Assembly (NCBI GenBank): GCA_963737265.1
Contig: CAVTRY010000025.1
Location: 1-59,653 of the forward strand
DNA length: 59,653 nucleotides
Direction: 5' to 3'
Source: an uncultured delta proteobacterium
GTDB taxonomy: Bacteria > Myxococcota_A > Polyangia > Fen-1088
The translations under genes and the position numbers were made by a program. The notes under the pieces were generated by a model. That model searched no databases and had not been told where the DNA came from. It was given only the letters and a program-made list of their open reading frames with translations. This document shows positions 50,048 through 58,233 of this stretch, piece by piece. The stretch's first letter is position 1; every line of letters starts with the position of its first letter.

Positions 50048-50217
50048 CTACTTGCTTTTGTCGAAGCGCTCTAGCTTGCGATACATGGTGCGGCGATCGA
50101 AACCTAGAATCTGCGCGGCGGAAGTCTTGTTTCCAGCCACTGCATCGAGAACCCGCAGGATGTAGCCAGCCGGCACAGGGCCGCGTCGTCATCCACGATC
50201 AGAATCGACTTGTTCAT
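50048..50217 (-). pseudogene. Internally deleted sigma54-dependent (NtrC/AtoC-type) activator gene
   Basis: MNKSILIVDDDAALC joined out of frame to GYILRVLDAVAGNKTSAAQILGFDRRTMYRKLERF* (Fis-type HTH); AAA+ domain absent. Confidence 0.88.
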
Positions 50218-50730
50218 TAGGTGTTTCCGGTTTGTGAATCGAGGGCAGATACGTCGAGAAGCGGCTTCCCTTGTCTACCACGCTGGTCGCGGCGATCCAG
50301 CCGCCGTGATCGCGAACGATACCGTGGGCGACCGAAAGTCCGAGGCCAGTCCCGCTACCTACTTCTTTGGTAGTGAAGAAGGGCTCGAAGGCATGGCGGA
50401 GCTGCTCACTGGTCATGCCGCCGCCAGTGTCCTCGACATGTAGGCAAGCATACCCGCCTGCGGTGGCGGGCACGCCCAGGGGCGGCGAGACAACCTCTTC
50501 GCAGGAGTGAATGGTGAGGACGCCGCCTTTGGGCATGGCCTAAATGGCGTTGACGACCAGGTTGGTCAGGGCTTGCTCGATGAGACCAACGTCGATCTCT
50601 GCGAAGGGTTCTGGTTCGCTGTGATTGGTTTTGAAAGCAATAGATGACTTTTGCGCCATCGGGTGGAGCAGCGCCAGGGTGCGATCCACCACGCCCCGAA
50701 GGCTCTCTTTCCGACGTTGGGGTTGGCCGG
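50189..50730 (-). pseudogene. Truncated sensor histidine kinase (HATPase_c only, internal TAG)
   Basis: IEQALTNLVVNAI*AMPKGG..VEDTGGGM..FEPFFTTKEVGSGTGLGLS; stop at 50540-50542; HisKA and sensor domains missing. Confidence 0.9.
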
Positions 50731-50737
50731 TCGCCAC

Positions 50738-50769
50738 GTGACAACTTGCCACGCGTGGCGAATTGCCTC
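50738..50769. promoter_or_regulatory. Tandem palindrome UAS copy 5
   Basis: GTGACAactTGCCAC-GC-GTGGCGaatTGCCTC. Confidence 0.85.
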
Positions 50770-50813
50770 GGCGTGAAGGCTGGCGATCTCGACTCCGACC
50801 CATGTTCTGACCG

Positions 50814-50829
50814 TGGCACGTCGCTTGCT
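50814..50829 (+). promoter_or_regulatory. Sigma54 promoter of the OmpA/MotA/MotB-like operon
   Basis: TGGCACG-TCGC-TTGCT, full consensus match. Confidence 0.9.
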
Positions 50830-50843
50830 GCCGCGTTCCTGGC

Positions 50844-51728
50844 ATGCAATCAGAAAGTCATTCTTGCAGAACCTATTCCTGGCTAACCGTTTCCTCGACC
50901 CTTCTGCTTTTCGGGGTTGCGGCCAGCGCGTGCGTGACCAGCGGAACCTTCGACAAGAAGGTCGCCGAGCTGGACAAGCTTCGCGCCGACCACGACCGCG
51001 CGGCGGCTGAGCGAGAGAAGGATCTCAAGGCGCAGATCGATGCTCTCACAACCCTGCGGGACGATTTGCGCAAGAAGGCCGACGATATGACGGCGCTGGC
51101 TGGTGAGCTTCGCTCCCGGCTCGAGAAGCTGGGACAGAATGTGGACAAGCTCACCAGTGAGAAGGGGCAGCTGGCGCAAGTCCTCGCCGACGCCAAGGCT
51201 CGTCTCGACGACCTACGAAAGCAGAAGGCCGCGGCCGAAGCGCGCGCGGCGACGTTTCGCAATCTCGTCGCTCGCCTCAAGTCCATGATCGATGCCGGCC
51301 AGCTCAAAGTCGTCATTCGCGATGGCCGCATGCTTATCGCTCTGCCCAACGATGTCTTGTTCGATTCGGGGAAGACCAATATCAAACCGGACGGCCAGAC
51401 CGCGCTGGCCCAGGTCGCCAAGGTCCTGTCGACGATTCCAGACCGCAACTTCCTGGTCGCAGGCGACACCGACGACGTTCCCATTCACACAGCTCACTTT
51501 CCCTCGAACTGGGAGCTGTCCACGGCCCGCGCCGTCGAAGTGACGAAATTCCTCATCGCGAATGGTATGCGGCCGCAGGTTCTCGCCGCTGCGGGGTACG
51601 GGGAGTTCGACCCCGTGGTGGCGAACGATTCGCCCGAACATCGGGCCCAGAACCGGCGCATTGAGATTGTTCTTCAACCCAACCTCGCCGATCTGCCTTC
51701 TCTCGACGAAGGCAAGACGACTCCATGA
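50844..51728 (+). CDS. Coiled-coil lipoprotein with C-terminal OmpA/MotB peptidoglycan-binding domain
   Basis: Lipobox ASAC; LPNDVLFDSG, SNWELSTARA, NRRIEI. Confidence 0.92.
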   Translation: MQSESHSCRTYSWLTVSSTLLLFGVAASACVTSGTFDKKVAELDKLRADHDRAAAEREKDLKAQIDALTTLRDDLRKKADDMTALAGELRSRLEKLGQNVDKLTSEKGQLAQVLADAKARLDDLRKQKAAAEARAATFRNLVARLKSMIDAGQLKVVIRDGRMLIALPNDVLFDSGKTNIKPDGQTALAQVAKVLSTIPDRNFLVAGDTDDVPIHTAHFPSNWELSTARAVEVTKFLIANGMRPQVLAAAGYGEFDPVVANDSPEHRAQNRRIEIVLQPNLADLPSLDEGKTTP

Positions 51729-51762
51729 GGCCATCGACCGATAGTCAAGGGGACGACTTAGA

Positions 51763-52620
51763 ATGACAAGTACAATGCTCGGCGGGCTATCGCTTATTGA
51801 TGCCACTGGCCTTGCAATTCTTGCAACGACGATCACCGTGCTCATGCTTGGCATCGCCGCCAACCTCTGGCTACGCTCGCGCTACGCCGTATTGGAAAAT
51901 GAGCTTCGCAGCCGGCCCGATGGCGAAGCGACCTTGTCGCATCCCGTGCTCCGCAATATCGTTCGCGACGTGACCGAGGCGGCAGGGCGTTCGAGGGAAA
52001 TCAACACCCAGGCTATTATCGACGACCGCTTTCAGTCCGATCTTCGGCCGATGCTGCTTGCTGAGCGCTTTATCCGCGCCGCAACCGGGTTGGTCATCAT
52101 CCTCGGGCTCCTCGGCACGTTCTACGGGCTCACGCTGTCGATCGGAAAGATCGTTCACTTGGTCGGCACGGAGACAAGCGTCGGCACCGACGTGGCACAA
52201 GGGGTTAGCCAGGGTTTGACCAACGCTCTGTCCGGTATGGCGGTAGCTTTCTCGAATTCACTGGTTGGAATTTTCTCCGCGGTGATTCTTACCGTGCTCG
52301 GAATCCTGTCGAATGTCTCGGACCGGCGGACCGCGGTGATGATCCAGATCGAAACCTACCTTGCCGGGATTCCCGTGCAGGTGCCTGGTGCAAGTGGGCC
52401 GGCCGAAATCGCGGGCTTCGGCGGTTCAATCGCGCGGCTCGAAGGCGTGGTCGTGCGTTTCGAGTCGGCTTTGCAAACCTTTGCCGCCACGACCAGGGAC
52501 TTCCACGAGTTCAACGCTCACCTCAAGGACAATGTGCAACGGCTCAGCTTGACTTTTGCCGACATGAACGATTCGCTGAAAGCACAGCTTGGGACCATCG
52601 GGCCTGCGCGGAAGGGCTAG
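51763..52620 (+). CDS. MotA/TolQ/ExbB-family proton-channel subunit (ZorA-like, short helical tail)
   Basis: ILGLLGTFYGL..LSGMAVAFSNSLVGIFSA, 3 TM helices. Confidence 0.88.
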   Translation: MTSTMLGGLSLIDATGLAILATTITVLMLGIAANLWLRSRYAVLENELRSRPDGEATLSHPVLRNIVRDVTEAAGRSREINTQAIIDDRFQSDLRPMLLAERFIRAATGLVIILGLLGTFYGLTLSIGKIVHLVGTETSVGTDVAQGVSQGLTNALSGMAVAFSNSLVGIFSAVILTVLGILSNVSDRRTAVMIQIETYLAGIPVQVPGASGPAEIAGFGGSIARLEGVVVRFESALQTFAATTRDFHEFNAHLKDNVQRLSLTFADMNDSLKAQLGTIGPARKG

Positions 52621-52626
52621 CGGAAA

Positions 52627-53535
52627 ATGCCCATGCGATCCCGGAGGCCGCTTCTGTCCGATCACGATGGTACGCGCGAGATCTGGCCCGCTTTCACGGA
52701 CGTCATGTCGACCATGGCACTCATCATGTTCGTTCTGGTCTTGCTTGCCTACGTCCGGAACTTGATCGGCGAAAAGCGCCTGGAGGATTTTCGCCAACGG
52801 ATCGCGGCCTCCGAACGCCAGCTCAAATCCGTACAGACCGAAGTCCAAGCGGGCAGGGCTGAGCTTGCGGCATCCCAGCGCAGGTTGTTCGATCAGCAGG
52901 CCGTCGTGGCCGATAGCAATCGCCAACTGAGCAACCTGCGCGCCCAGCTGCAAAACATCGCGGTTCTGCGCGTCTCAGTGCTCGACAAATTGAAGAGCGC
53001 TATCGAGGCCCAACTCGGGCCCACCGGCGCGGGTGGTGGACAGCTCGCCACCATCGGCGACAACGGCGATATCGCGGTCAACGAGAGTCTGGTGTTCGAG
53101 TACAACTCGCATGCGATCAAGAAGCAGGCCAAGCCTTTCCTCGATTCGCTGGCCAAGGCGCTCGGCAATCTGCTGGCCGATCCCGAGGTGCGTGAGAACA
53201 TCGACACCATCGTCATCCAGGGCCACACCGACGAACGCGGCTCAGCCACCTTCAATTGGGATCTGTCGGCCAAGCGTGCGACCGCGGTGCTCGACTACCT
53301 GTTCCAGACCAACAAGACGCTCGCCGATAGCTATGGCAGCTACTTCGCCGCCAGTGCCTACTCGAAGTTTCGTCCTGTCAACCGCGAGCAATCCGAAACG
53401 GCCTACCAACAGAACCGCCGCATCGAGATCTCCGTCGTGCCCAAGGACGCCAACGTGCGCAAGGTGATTGAGGACTACATGCAGGGCAGCGCCGCTGTAT
53501 TGCAGCCGGCCGGCCAGCCTGCTCAAGGGCAGTAG
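52627..53535 (+). CDS. MotB/ZorB-like subunit: TM with conserved Asp, coiled coil, OmpA-like domain
   Basis: WPAFTDVMSTMAL TM; IQGHTD, NWDLSAKRA, NRRIEI. Confidence 0.9.
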   Translation: MPMRSRRPLLSDHDGTREIWPAFTDVMSTMALIMFVLVLLAYVRNLIGEKRLEDFRQRIAASERQLKSVQTEVQAGRAELAASQRRLFDQQAVVADSNRQLSNLRAQLQNIAVLRVSVLDKLKSAIEAQLGPTGAGGGQLATIGDNGDIAVNESLVFEYNSHAIKKQAKPFLDSLAKALGNLLADPEVRENIDTIVIQGHTDERGSATFNWDLSAKRATAVLDYLFQTNKTLADSYGSYFAASAYSKFRPVNREQSETAYQQNRRIEISVVPKDANVRKVIEDYMQGSAAVLQPAGQPAQGQ

Positions 53536-53543
53536 CTCGCCGC

Positions 53544-53575
53544 GTGACAATTTGCCACGCGAGGCAAGTTGTCTC
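53544..53575. promoter_or_regulatory. Tandem palindrome UAS copy 6
   Basis: GTGACAattTGCCAC-GC-GAGGCAagtTGTCTC. Confidence 0.85.
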
Positions 53576-53619
53576 GGTCTTGTGCACCCCAAACCGGCGT
53601 TATCGCGTTGCCGAAATCG

Positions 53620-53635
53620 TGGCATGTCGCTTGCT
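53620..53635 (+). promoter_or_regulatory. Sigma54 promoter of the small lipoprotein
   Basis: TGGCATG-TCGC-TTGCT. Confidence 0.88.
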
Positions 53636-53697
53636 GTAGGAGTCGCGGACAGGAAATGAAACTCCCAACTCAATCCGGACAACGAAAAGGAGAACGC

Positions 53698-54030
53698 ATG
53701 ACTCGCACACTCAAGACTCTCGCTACCGTCTGCCTCGGGGCCTTCTTGCTCGTCAGCGCGGGGTGCGAAGACAAGGAGAGCCAGGAAGCTCTCAAGACAT
53801 GCAGGAACGATCTCAGCAATGTCCAAAAGAACCTCGCGACCCAGACCACAAGCGCGAATGACCTGAAAGCGCAGCTCGCTCAGGCGGAAGCCAAAATCGA
53901 GGAGCTCACCAAAGCCAGCGAGGGCGGCAAGGAGGCGAAGGCCGGTAAAGCATCTGAGCCGAAGGCCAAGTCCGCAGAGGCAAAGAAGGCCGAACCTTCG
54001 AAGGCCGAAAAGAAATCCGCGAAGAAATAG
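53698..54030 (+). CDS. Small coiled-coil lipoprotein with Lys/Ala-rich tail
   Basis: AAGGAG RBS, lipobox SAGC. Confidence 0.85.
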   Translation: MTRTLKTLATVCLGAFLLVSAGCEDKESQEALKTCRNDLSNVQKNLATQTTSANDLKAQLAQAEAKIEELTKASEGGKEAKAGKASEPKAKSAEAKKAEPSKAEKKSAKK

Positions 54031-54276
54031 GTACTCCCAAACGCTGGTGTAGGCGAGGCGCGATGAACCTGCAAAAGTGGCGGCGTTTGGTCCATGACTT
54101 CTCGGTCGGGCAAAGTTCAAGCGTCACCGAGGGTGGTTTCCGCATTCCCTTGGGAATGTCGGTCCCCGTGCGCTGGGATCCCATCACGGCGCTTGCAGGC
54201 AGTGTCGACATGGCGCGGTAAGTATCCGCGAAGTCTTTGGGAGAGGATTCGATTTGCGCTATGAGAAGAAGCGAAT

Positions 54277-54318
54277 CGCGTGAGTGACGTCGGGCTTCGC
54301 CCGAGGTCACTCATCGCG
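54277..54318. other. Strong hairpin upstream of the ClC gene
   Basis: CGCG-TGAGTGAC-g-TCGGGC-TTC-GCCCGA-g-GTCACTCA-t-CGCG. Confidence 0.6.
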
Positions 54319-54365
54319 GAAGTTGGTAAGAACCCTTCGTGGGTTATTACAGCAAAGGATTCGTA

Positions 54366-56240
54366 GTGACTGAGCACCCCTTTCGTGATGTCTTCGCATT
54401 TCGCCGCCACTTTGTAGATTTCGGAACGCTGCTTCTTCTTTGCGCCGTCGTCGGCGTCATCGCCGGTCTTGGTGCGGCTGGATTTCACTACCTGCTCGGG
54501 CTTGCCAAGCACCTTTTGCTGGACGGGCTGGCGGGCTATCGGCGATCGGGACCAGCGGGGGAGGTGCCGCTGTTTGCGGAAACCGCGCGCCCTTTGTCCC
54601 GACTGATTCTCTTCGGACTGCCAGCACTCGGCGGCCTGGTGAGCGGGATTATTGTCTACCTACTTGCGCCCGAGGCAGAGGGGCACGGCACCGATGCCGC
54701 AATCGCCGCGTACCATTTCCACGACGGAAAGATTCGAGCCCGCGTTCCCTTCGTCAAAGCCATCGCGTCTGCCATCACCATGGGCACGGGTGGCTCGGCT
54801 GGCCGGGAAGGTCCCATCGCGCAAATCGGCGCAGGGCTCGGCTCGAACATCGCGGGCTGGCTCGGGCTTTCCGCACGTCAACGGCGCACCCTCATGATTG
54901 CGGGCATGGGGGCTGGCATTGGCGCCATCTTCCGCGCCCCACTGGCCGGGGCACTCTTCGCCGCCGAGGTGCTCTATCGGGATATGGACCTCGAACCCGA
55001 GGTCGTGGCGCCGGCCATCCTGTCGTCTATTGTTGCGTACAGCACCTTTGGTTCCATTTTCGGTTGGCATGCTCTGTTCGAGACACCGAACTTTCGCTTT
55101 CGCACGCCGATGGAGCTTGGTCCCTACCTGGTGCTGGGCTTGGTGATCGCGCTCGGGGGCCGAACGTATCCCCAGGTGTTCTACGGCATTCGCAACTGGT
55201 TCAAGAAGCTTGCCATGCCCAACTGGCTGAAGCCCGCCGTCGGGGGGCTGATGGTGGGCGGCGTGGGGCTCTTTGTTCCCGAGGCGCTCTCGACGGGATT
55301 CGGCGTGGTGCAGAAGGCATTCCAGGGTCAAGGAACCGTGCTCACCTTGTTGGCCATCGCGGGCGCCAAGATGCTGACGACTTCCCTTACTGTGGGCTCC
55401 GGCGGCAGCGGCGGCGTTTTCGGGCCGGCCGTTGTCATCGGGGGTGCCCTCGGTGGTGCGGTGGGGTTGGTCTTTCACGGGTGGCAGCCTGCGCTGGTTC
55501 CCGACCCAGGTGCCTTTGCCATGGTCGGCATGGCTGGATTCTTCTCCGCTGCGGCTCACGTGCCAATCTCGACGGTCATCATGGTCAGCGAAATGACCGG
55601 GAACTACCATCTGCTGGTCCCTACCATGTTCGTCTGCATGCTGGGATTCCTGCTCGTCAGGCATCACACCATCTACGAGAAGCAGCTTCCGGCGCGCTCG
55701 GCGTCTCCCGCGCAACAGCGCCAGATCATCCGCACGCTTCTTGAGCACACCAAGGTCGAGGACATCCTGGCCCTGCGGCCAAGAGAACCTCCGGTTTCAG
55801 TGAGTGAGCGAACGCCTTTGCCAGTCGTGCTCGAGCGATTCGCATCCGGAGGCCAGCCTTGCCTTCCCGTGACCGGGCATGGCGACGCGCTGGTGGGCGT
55901 GGTTTCATTCCAGGCGGTGCAACAGACGCTGAGTAGTCGAGCGGCCCTGGCCAACCTGATCGTGACACGCGATCTCGTCACCCCCGCGGTAACCGTCACC
56001 GCCGACCAAAGCCTGTATTCAGCGCTGGCCAAGATGTCGGCCTTCGACAGCAGGGAATTACTCGTCGTGGCGAATCAGGACTCGCATGAGAAGGTGATTG
56101 CCATCCTCACCAGCGGCGACATCAACGCCATCTACGACGAACAGATCCTCAATCCGCCACAAGCCGAGCCGGCCGCGAGCCTCGCGCTTGCGAAAGTGAT
56201 CAAACGATTGCTTCCCAAGGGTTGGTCACGCGGCGCCTGA
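54366..56240 (+). CDS. ClC-family chloride channel/antiporter with C-terminal CBS pair
   Basis: EAEGHGTD, GREGP, GGVFGP, TIYEKQ; CBS-like tail; AAAGGA before GTG 54366. Confidence 0.94.
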   Translation: MTEHPFRDVFAFRRHFVDFGTLLLLCAVVGVIAGLGAAGFHYLLGLAKHLLLDGLAGYRRSGPAGEVPLFAETARPLSRLILFGLPALGGLVSGIIVYLLAPEAEGHGTDAAIAAYHFHDGKIRARVPFVKAIASAITMGTGGSAGREGPIAQIGAGLGSNIAGWLGLSARQRRTLMIAGMGAGIGAIFRAPLAGALFAAEVLYRDMDLEPEVVAPAILSSIVAYSTFGSIFGWHALFETPNFRFRTPMELGPYLVLGLVIALGGRTYPQVFYGIRNWFKKLAMPNWLKPAVGGLMVGGVGLFVPEALSTGFGVVQKAFQGQGTVLTLLAIAGAKMLTTSLTVGSGGSGGVFGPAVVIGGALGGAVGLVFHGWQPALVPDPGAFAMVGMAGFFSAAAHVPISTVIMVSEMTGNYHLLVPTMFVCMLGFLLVRHHTIYEKQLPARSASPAQQRQIIRTLLEHTKVEDILALRPREPPVSVSERTPLPVVLERFASGGQPCLPVTGHGDALVGVVSFQAVQQTLSSRAALANLIVTRDLVTPAVTVTADQSLYSALAKMSAFDSRELLVVANQDSHEKVIAILTSGDINAIYDEQILNPPQAEPAASLALAKVIKRLLPKGWSRGA

Positions 56241-56248
56241 CCAGCTTG

Positions 56249-56671
56249 CTAGGCTCCCTTCCCGGCCAAGAAGTTATTGACGAAAACCCGCAGCTCGTCG
56301 ACATCGAGTGGCTTGTCGAGCACTGCCAACGCGCCGACGTGATGTGCCTGTTCATGCAGTTCCTCGTCGCCGAATGCGGTGATGAACACGACGGGCGGAA
56401 TATTGGGTCCATACCCCACTTGAGTGAAGACGCGCAACCCAGTCATGCCAGGCATTCGGACATCCGAGATCACCAGATCGAATCTTTCCGAACCAAGACT
56501 GGGATCGAGCGCGTCCAGAAGATCGAATCCACTGGCCACTGCGACGACGTCATGTCCGTCCGACCTAAGAAGCGCAACCATCATCTCGCGAAAAGCCCGA
56601 TCATCTTCCGCCACCAGCAGCCGATGTCTGCGGGAACGGTTGCCATCTGAGTACGTTTCTAAATCATGCAC
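56249..56671 (-). CDS. Single-domain response regulator (receiver) 3
   Basis: LLVAEDD, SDVRMPG, ITAFG, DKPL. Confidence 0.92.
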   Translation of the reverse strand: MHDLETYSDGNRSRRHRLLVAEDDRAFREMMVALLRSDGHDVVAVASGFDLLDALDPSLGSERFDLVISDVRMPGMTGLRVFTQVGYGPNIPPVVFITAFGDEELHEQAHHVGALAVLDKPLDVDELRVFVNNFLAGKGA

Positions 56672-56683
56672 ACAGGTTTGACC

Positions 56684-56699
56684 TGCACGAGCGGTGCCA
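56684..56699 (-). promoter_or_regulatory. Sigma54 promoter of receiver protein 3
   Basis: TGGCACC-GCTC-GTGCA on the minus strand. Confidence 0.72.
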
Positions 56700-56741
56700 G
56701 CTCCAACCTGTCAGATTTCTGGAGTTGCTGGCTCAGGCCAC

Positions 56742-56773
56742 GTGGCGGCCTGCCTCGCGTGGCATCTTGCCAC
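56742..56773. promoter_or_regulatory. Tandem palindrome UAS copy 7
   Basis: GTGGCGgccTGCCTC-GC-GTGGCAtctTGCCAC. Confidence 0.85.
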
Positions 56774-56784
56774 TCCATCGCGGC

Positions 56785-57714
56785 TCAGCGGATGGTGTAG
56801 TCCGATGCGACCTTCTGGCCATTGCGCTCCAACCCAAGGTCGAGATGGCTTGCTGACTTGAGCTTACCGTAGACCTCCAGAGCCTTTTCAGGGCTGGTCA
56901 TCTCCAATCCATTGATGGAAGCGATGACGTCGCCGTTTTGCAGTCCGATTTTCGCGAACGGGCCGTCGGGCCTAACCGCGAACAGGCGGAAACCGGCGGG
57001 TTTGCCGCCACGTATTTCGGGCACGATGCGTGCCGATCGCGAGAGTAGAGCTAGGTTGCCGAGCACCGAATCGAGGGTGCCCCTTTGGATTTCGTATCGA
57101 CGGTCGCCGAGCTTCTTGATGCCGCGGTCGAGTTCCTGGGAAAACGCATCGACTGGCTGGGCCGGTGGCGGTGCGGTGCGGGGAGGGCGAACCGGCGCGG
57201 CCTTTGGCGGGAGAAGGAGATCGAGAAATTCGGTCGTTCCGGCATTGTCGATGTACACGCGGGTGTCGGCAATGCTGAGCAAGGTGGCGCCGTGGATTTG
57301 CGCTCCCTCGCTGAAGGCCCCCACCGTCTTTTCGTCGTTGTTGCGAATGACTGCCATGTTCCACTTGTGCGCCTTGGGCGTAGGCGCGTACATGACAGCA
57401 AGAAGCTTAAGCGGCAGCTGAGTTGGCTGAGGTTGCAGAGGGGCCATGTCGGGCAAAGTCACCGGTTCTGGATCGCCGTCCAGTCGGATGGGCGGGCAAG
57501 TCGAGCAGAAGATGTTTCGCCGAAGAATCGCATTCGGCTGCTTGCTGCGAACCTGGGTAGGCGAAGGTAAGGGGGCTTGCGCGGCTGGTGGTTTCGGATC
57601 TTGCGCCTCGCCGAGTCGGTAGGCGACCAGACTGGAGGCAGAGCTGCCCAAAACTGCCGCACAGACCGCTACGACGGCCGCGTCCAACAGCCACATGTAC
57701 TGGGCGAGAAGCAT
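56785..57714 (-). CDS. gspC: Type II secretion protein C-like (TM, HR domain, PDZ)
   Basis: ILRRNIFCS, LKLLAVM, ARIVP..GFRLFAVRPDGPFAKIGLQNGDVIASING. Confidence 0.88.
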   Translation of the reverse strand: MLLAQYMWLLDAAVVAVCAAVLGSSASSLVAYRLGEAQDPKPPAAQAPLPSPTQVRSKQPNAILRRNIFCSTCPPIRLDGDPEPVTLPDMAPLQPQPTQLPLKLLAVMYAPTPKAHKWNMAVIRNNDEKTVGAFSEGAQIHGATLLSIADTRVYIDNAGTTEFLDLLLPPKAAPVRPPRTAPPPAQPVDAFSQELDRGIKKLGDRRYEIQRGTLDSVLGNLALLSRSARIVPEIRGGKPAGFRLFAVRPDGPFAKIGLQNGDVIASINGLEMTSPEKALEVYGKLKSASHLDLGLERNGQKVASDYTIR

Positions 57715-57737
57715 TTCCACTTCGAAGTGCGCAAAAG

Positions 57738-57753
57738 AGCAACTCCCGGACCA
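57738..57753 (-). promoter_or_regulatory. Sigma54 promoter of gspC
   Basis: TGGTCCG-GGAG-TTGCT on the minus strand. Confidence 0.68.
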
Positions 57754-57768
57754 ACCCGGGGAATGGGC

Positions 57769-57784
57769 TGGCATGGCATTTGCG
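57769..57784 (+). promoter_or_regulatory. Sigma54 promoter of the small lipoprotein
   Basis: TGGCATG-GCAT-TTGCG. Confidence 0.75.
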
Positions 57785-57828
57785 ACCGGAAGGGCTTTCG
57801 CCAACATTCAGAACTTGGAGGTCCGCGC

Positions 57829-58221
57829 ATGCTTCGAGACGCACTTGCAGTCCCATTCCTCGTCGCGTTGGCATGCTCCTGCGCCTCGGCCCCGGTTCAA
57901 GCGCCTGTCCCAAGTCCGGTTGCCCCCAATCCAGCGGTCGCAGTCGTGGCTCCCGCGCCTGAGGTTGCGCCAACCCTTACGGTTGCCTCGACAGGCGAAA
58001 AGCAGCGCGATCTGAAGGCTGGCGAGTGCCAAGAAAGCTTCGATTGCACGGATACCGTCGGGTTTCCTCCTGCGGGGCAACGCTGGACGTGCGAGAATGG
58101 GAAGTGCGGGCACGCTAAGCTTCCAAATCTCAACCCGGAAGCATCCGCCGCCACGGGTGCGAACGCTGACAACAGCAAGGACACGCCGAAAGTCAGGAAG
58201 GCCAAGAAGCGCCAGAACTAG
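57829..58221 (+). CDS. Small lipoprotein with 4-Cys mini-domain and basic tail
   Basis: GGAGG RBS; LACSC; ECQESFDC..WTCENGKC. Confidence 0.8.
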   Translation: MLRDALAVPFLVALACSCASAPVQAPVPSPVAPNPAVAVVAPAPEVAPTLTVASTGEKQRDLKAGECQESFDCTDTVGFPPAGQRWTCENGKCGHAKLPNLNPEASAATGANADNSKDTPKVRKAKKRQN

Positions 58222-58233
58222 GCGAGATGTGGC

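Noticed and set aside
40464-50542. Alternative genetic code or stop-codon recoding to explain in-frame stops
   Set aside because: All three stop types occur, together with frameshifts and deletions, and normal genes end in TAG/TGA; pseudogenisation is simpler.
51763-53535. Calling this a complete Zorya anti-phage system or a flagellar stator
   Set aside because: No ZorC/D/E-like or flagellar genes in the window, and the A-subunit tail is short; reported only as ZorAB/MotAB-like.
54031-54365. Fluoride riboswitch upstream of ClC
   Set aside because: No GGCGAUG..CGCC / GCUGAUG-type consensus, and the protein lacks the GNNL motif of CLC-F exporters.
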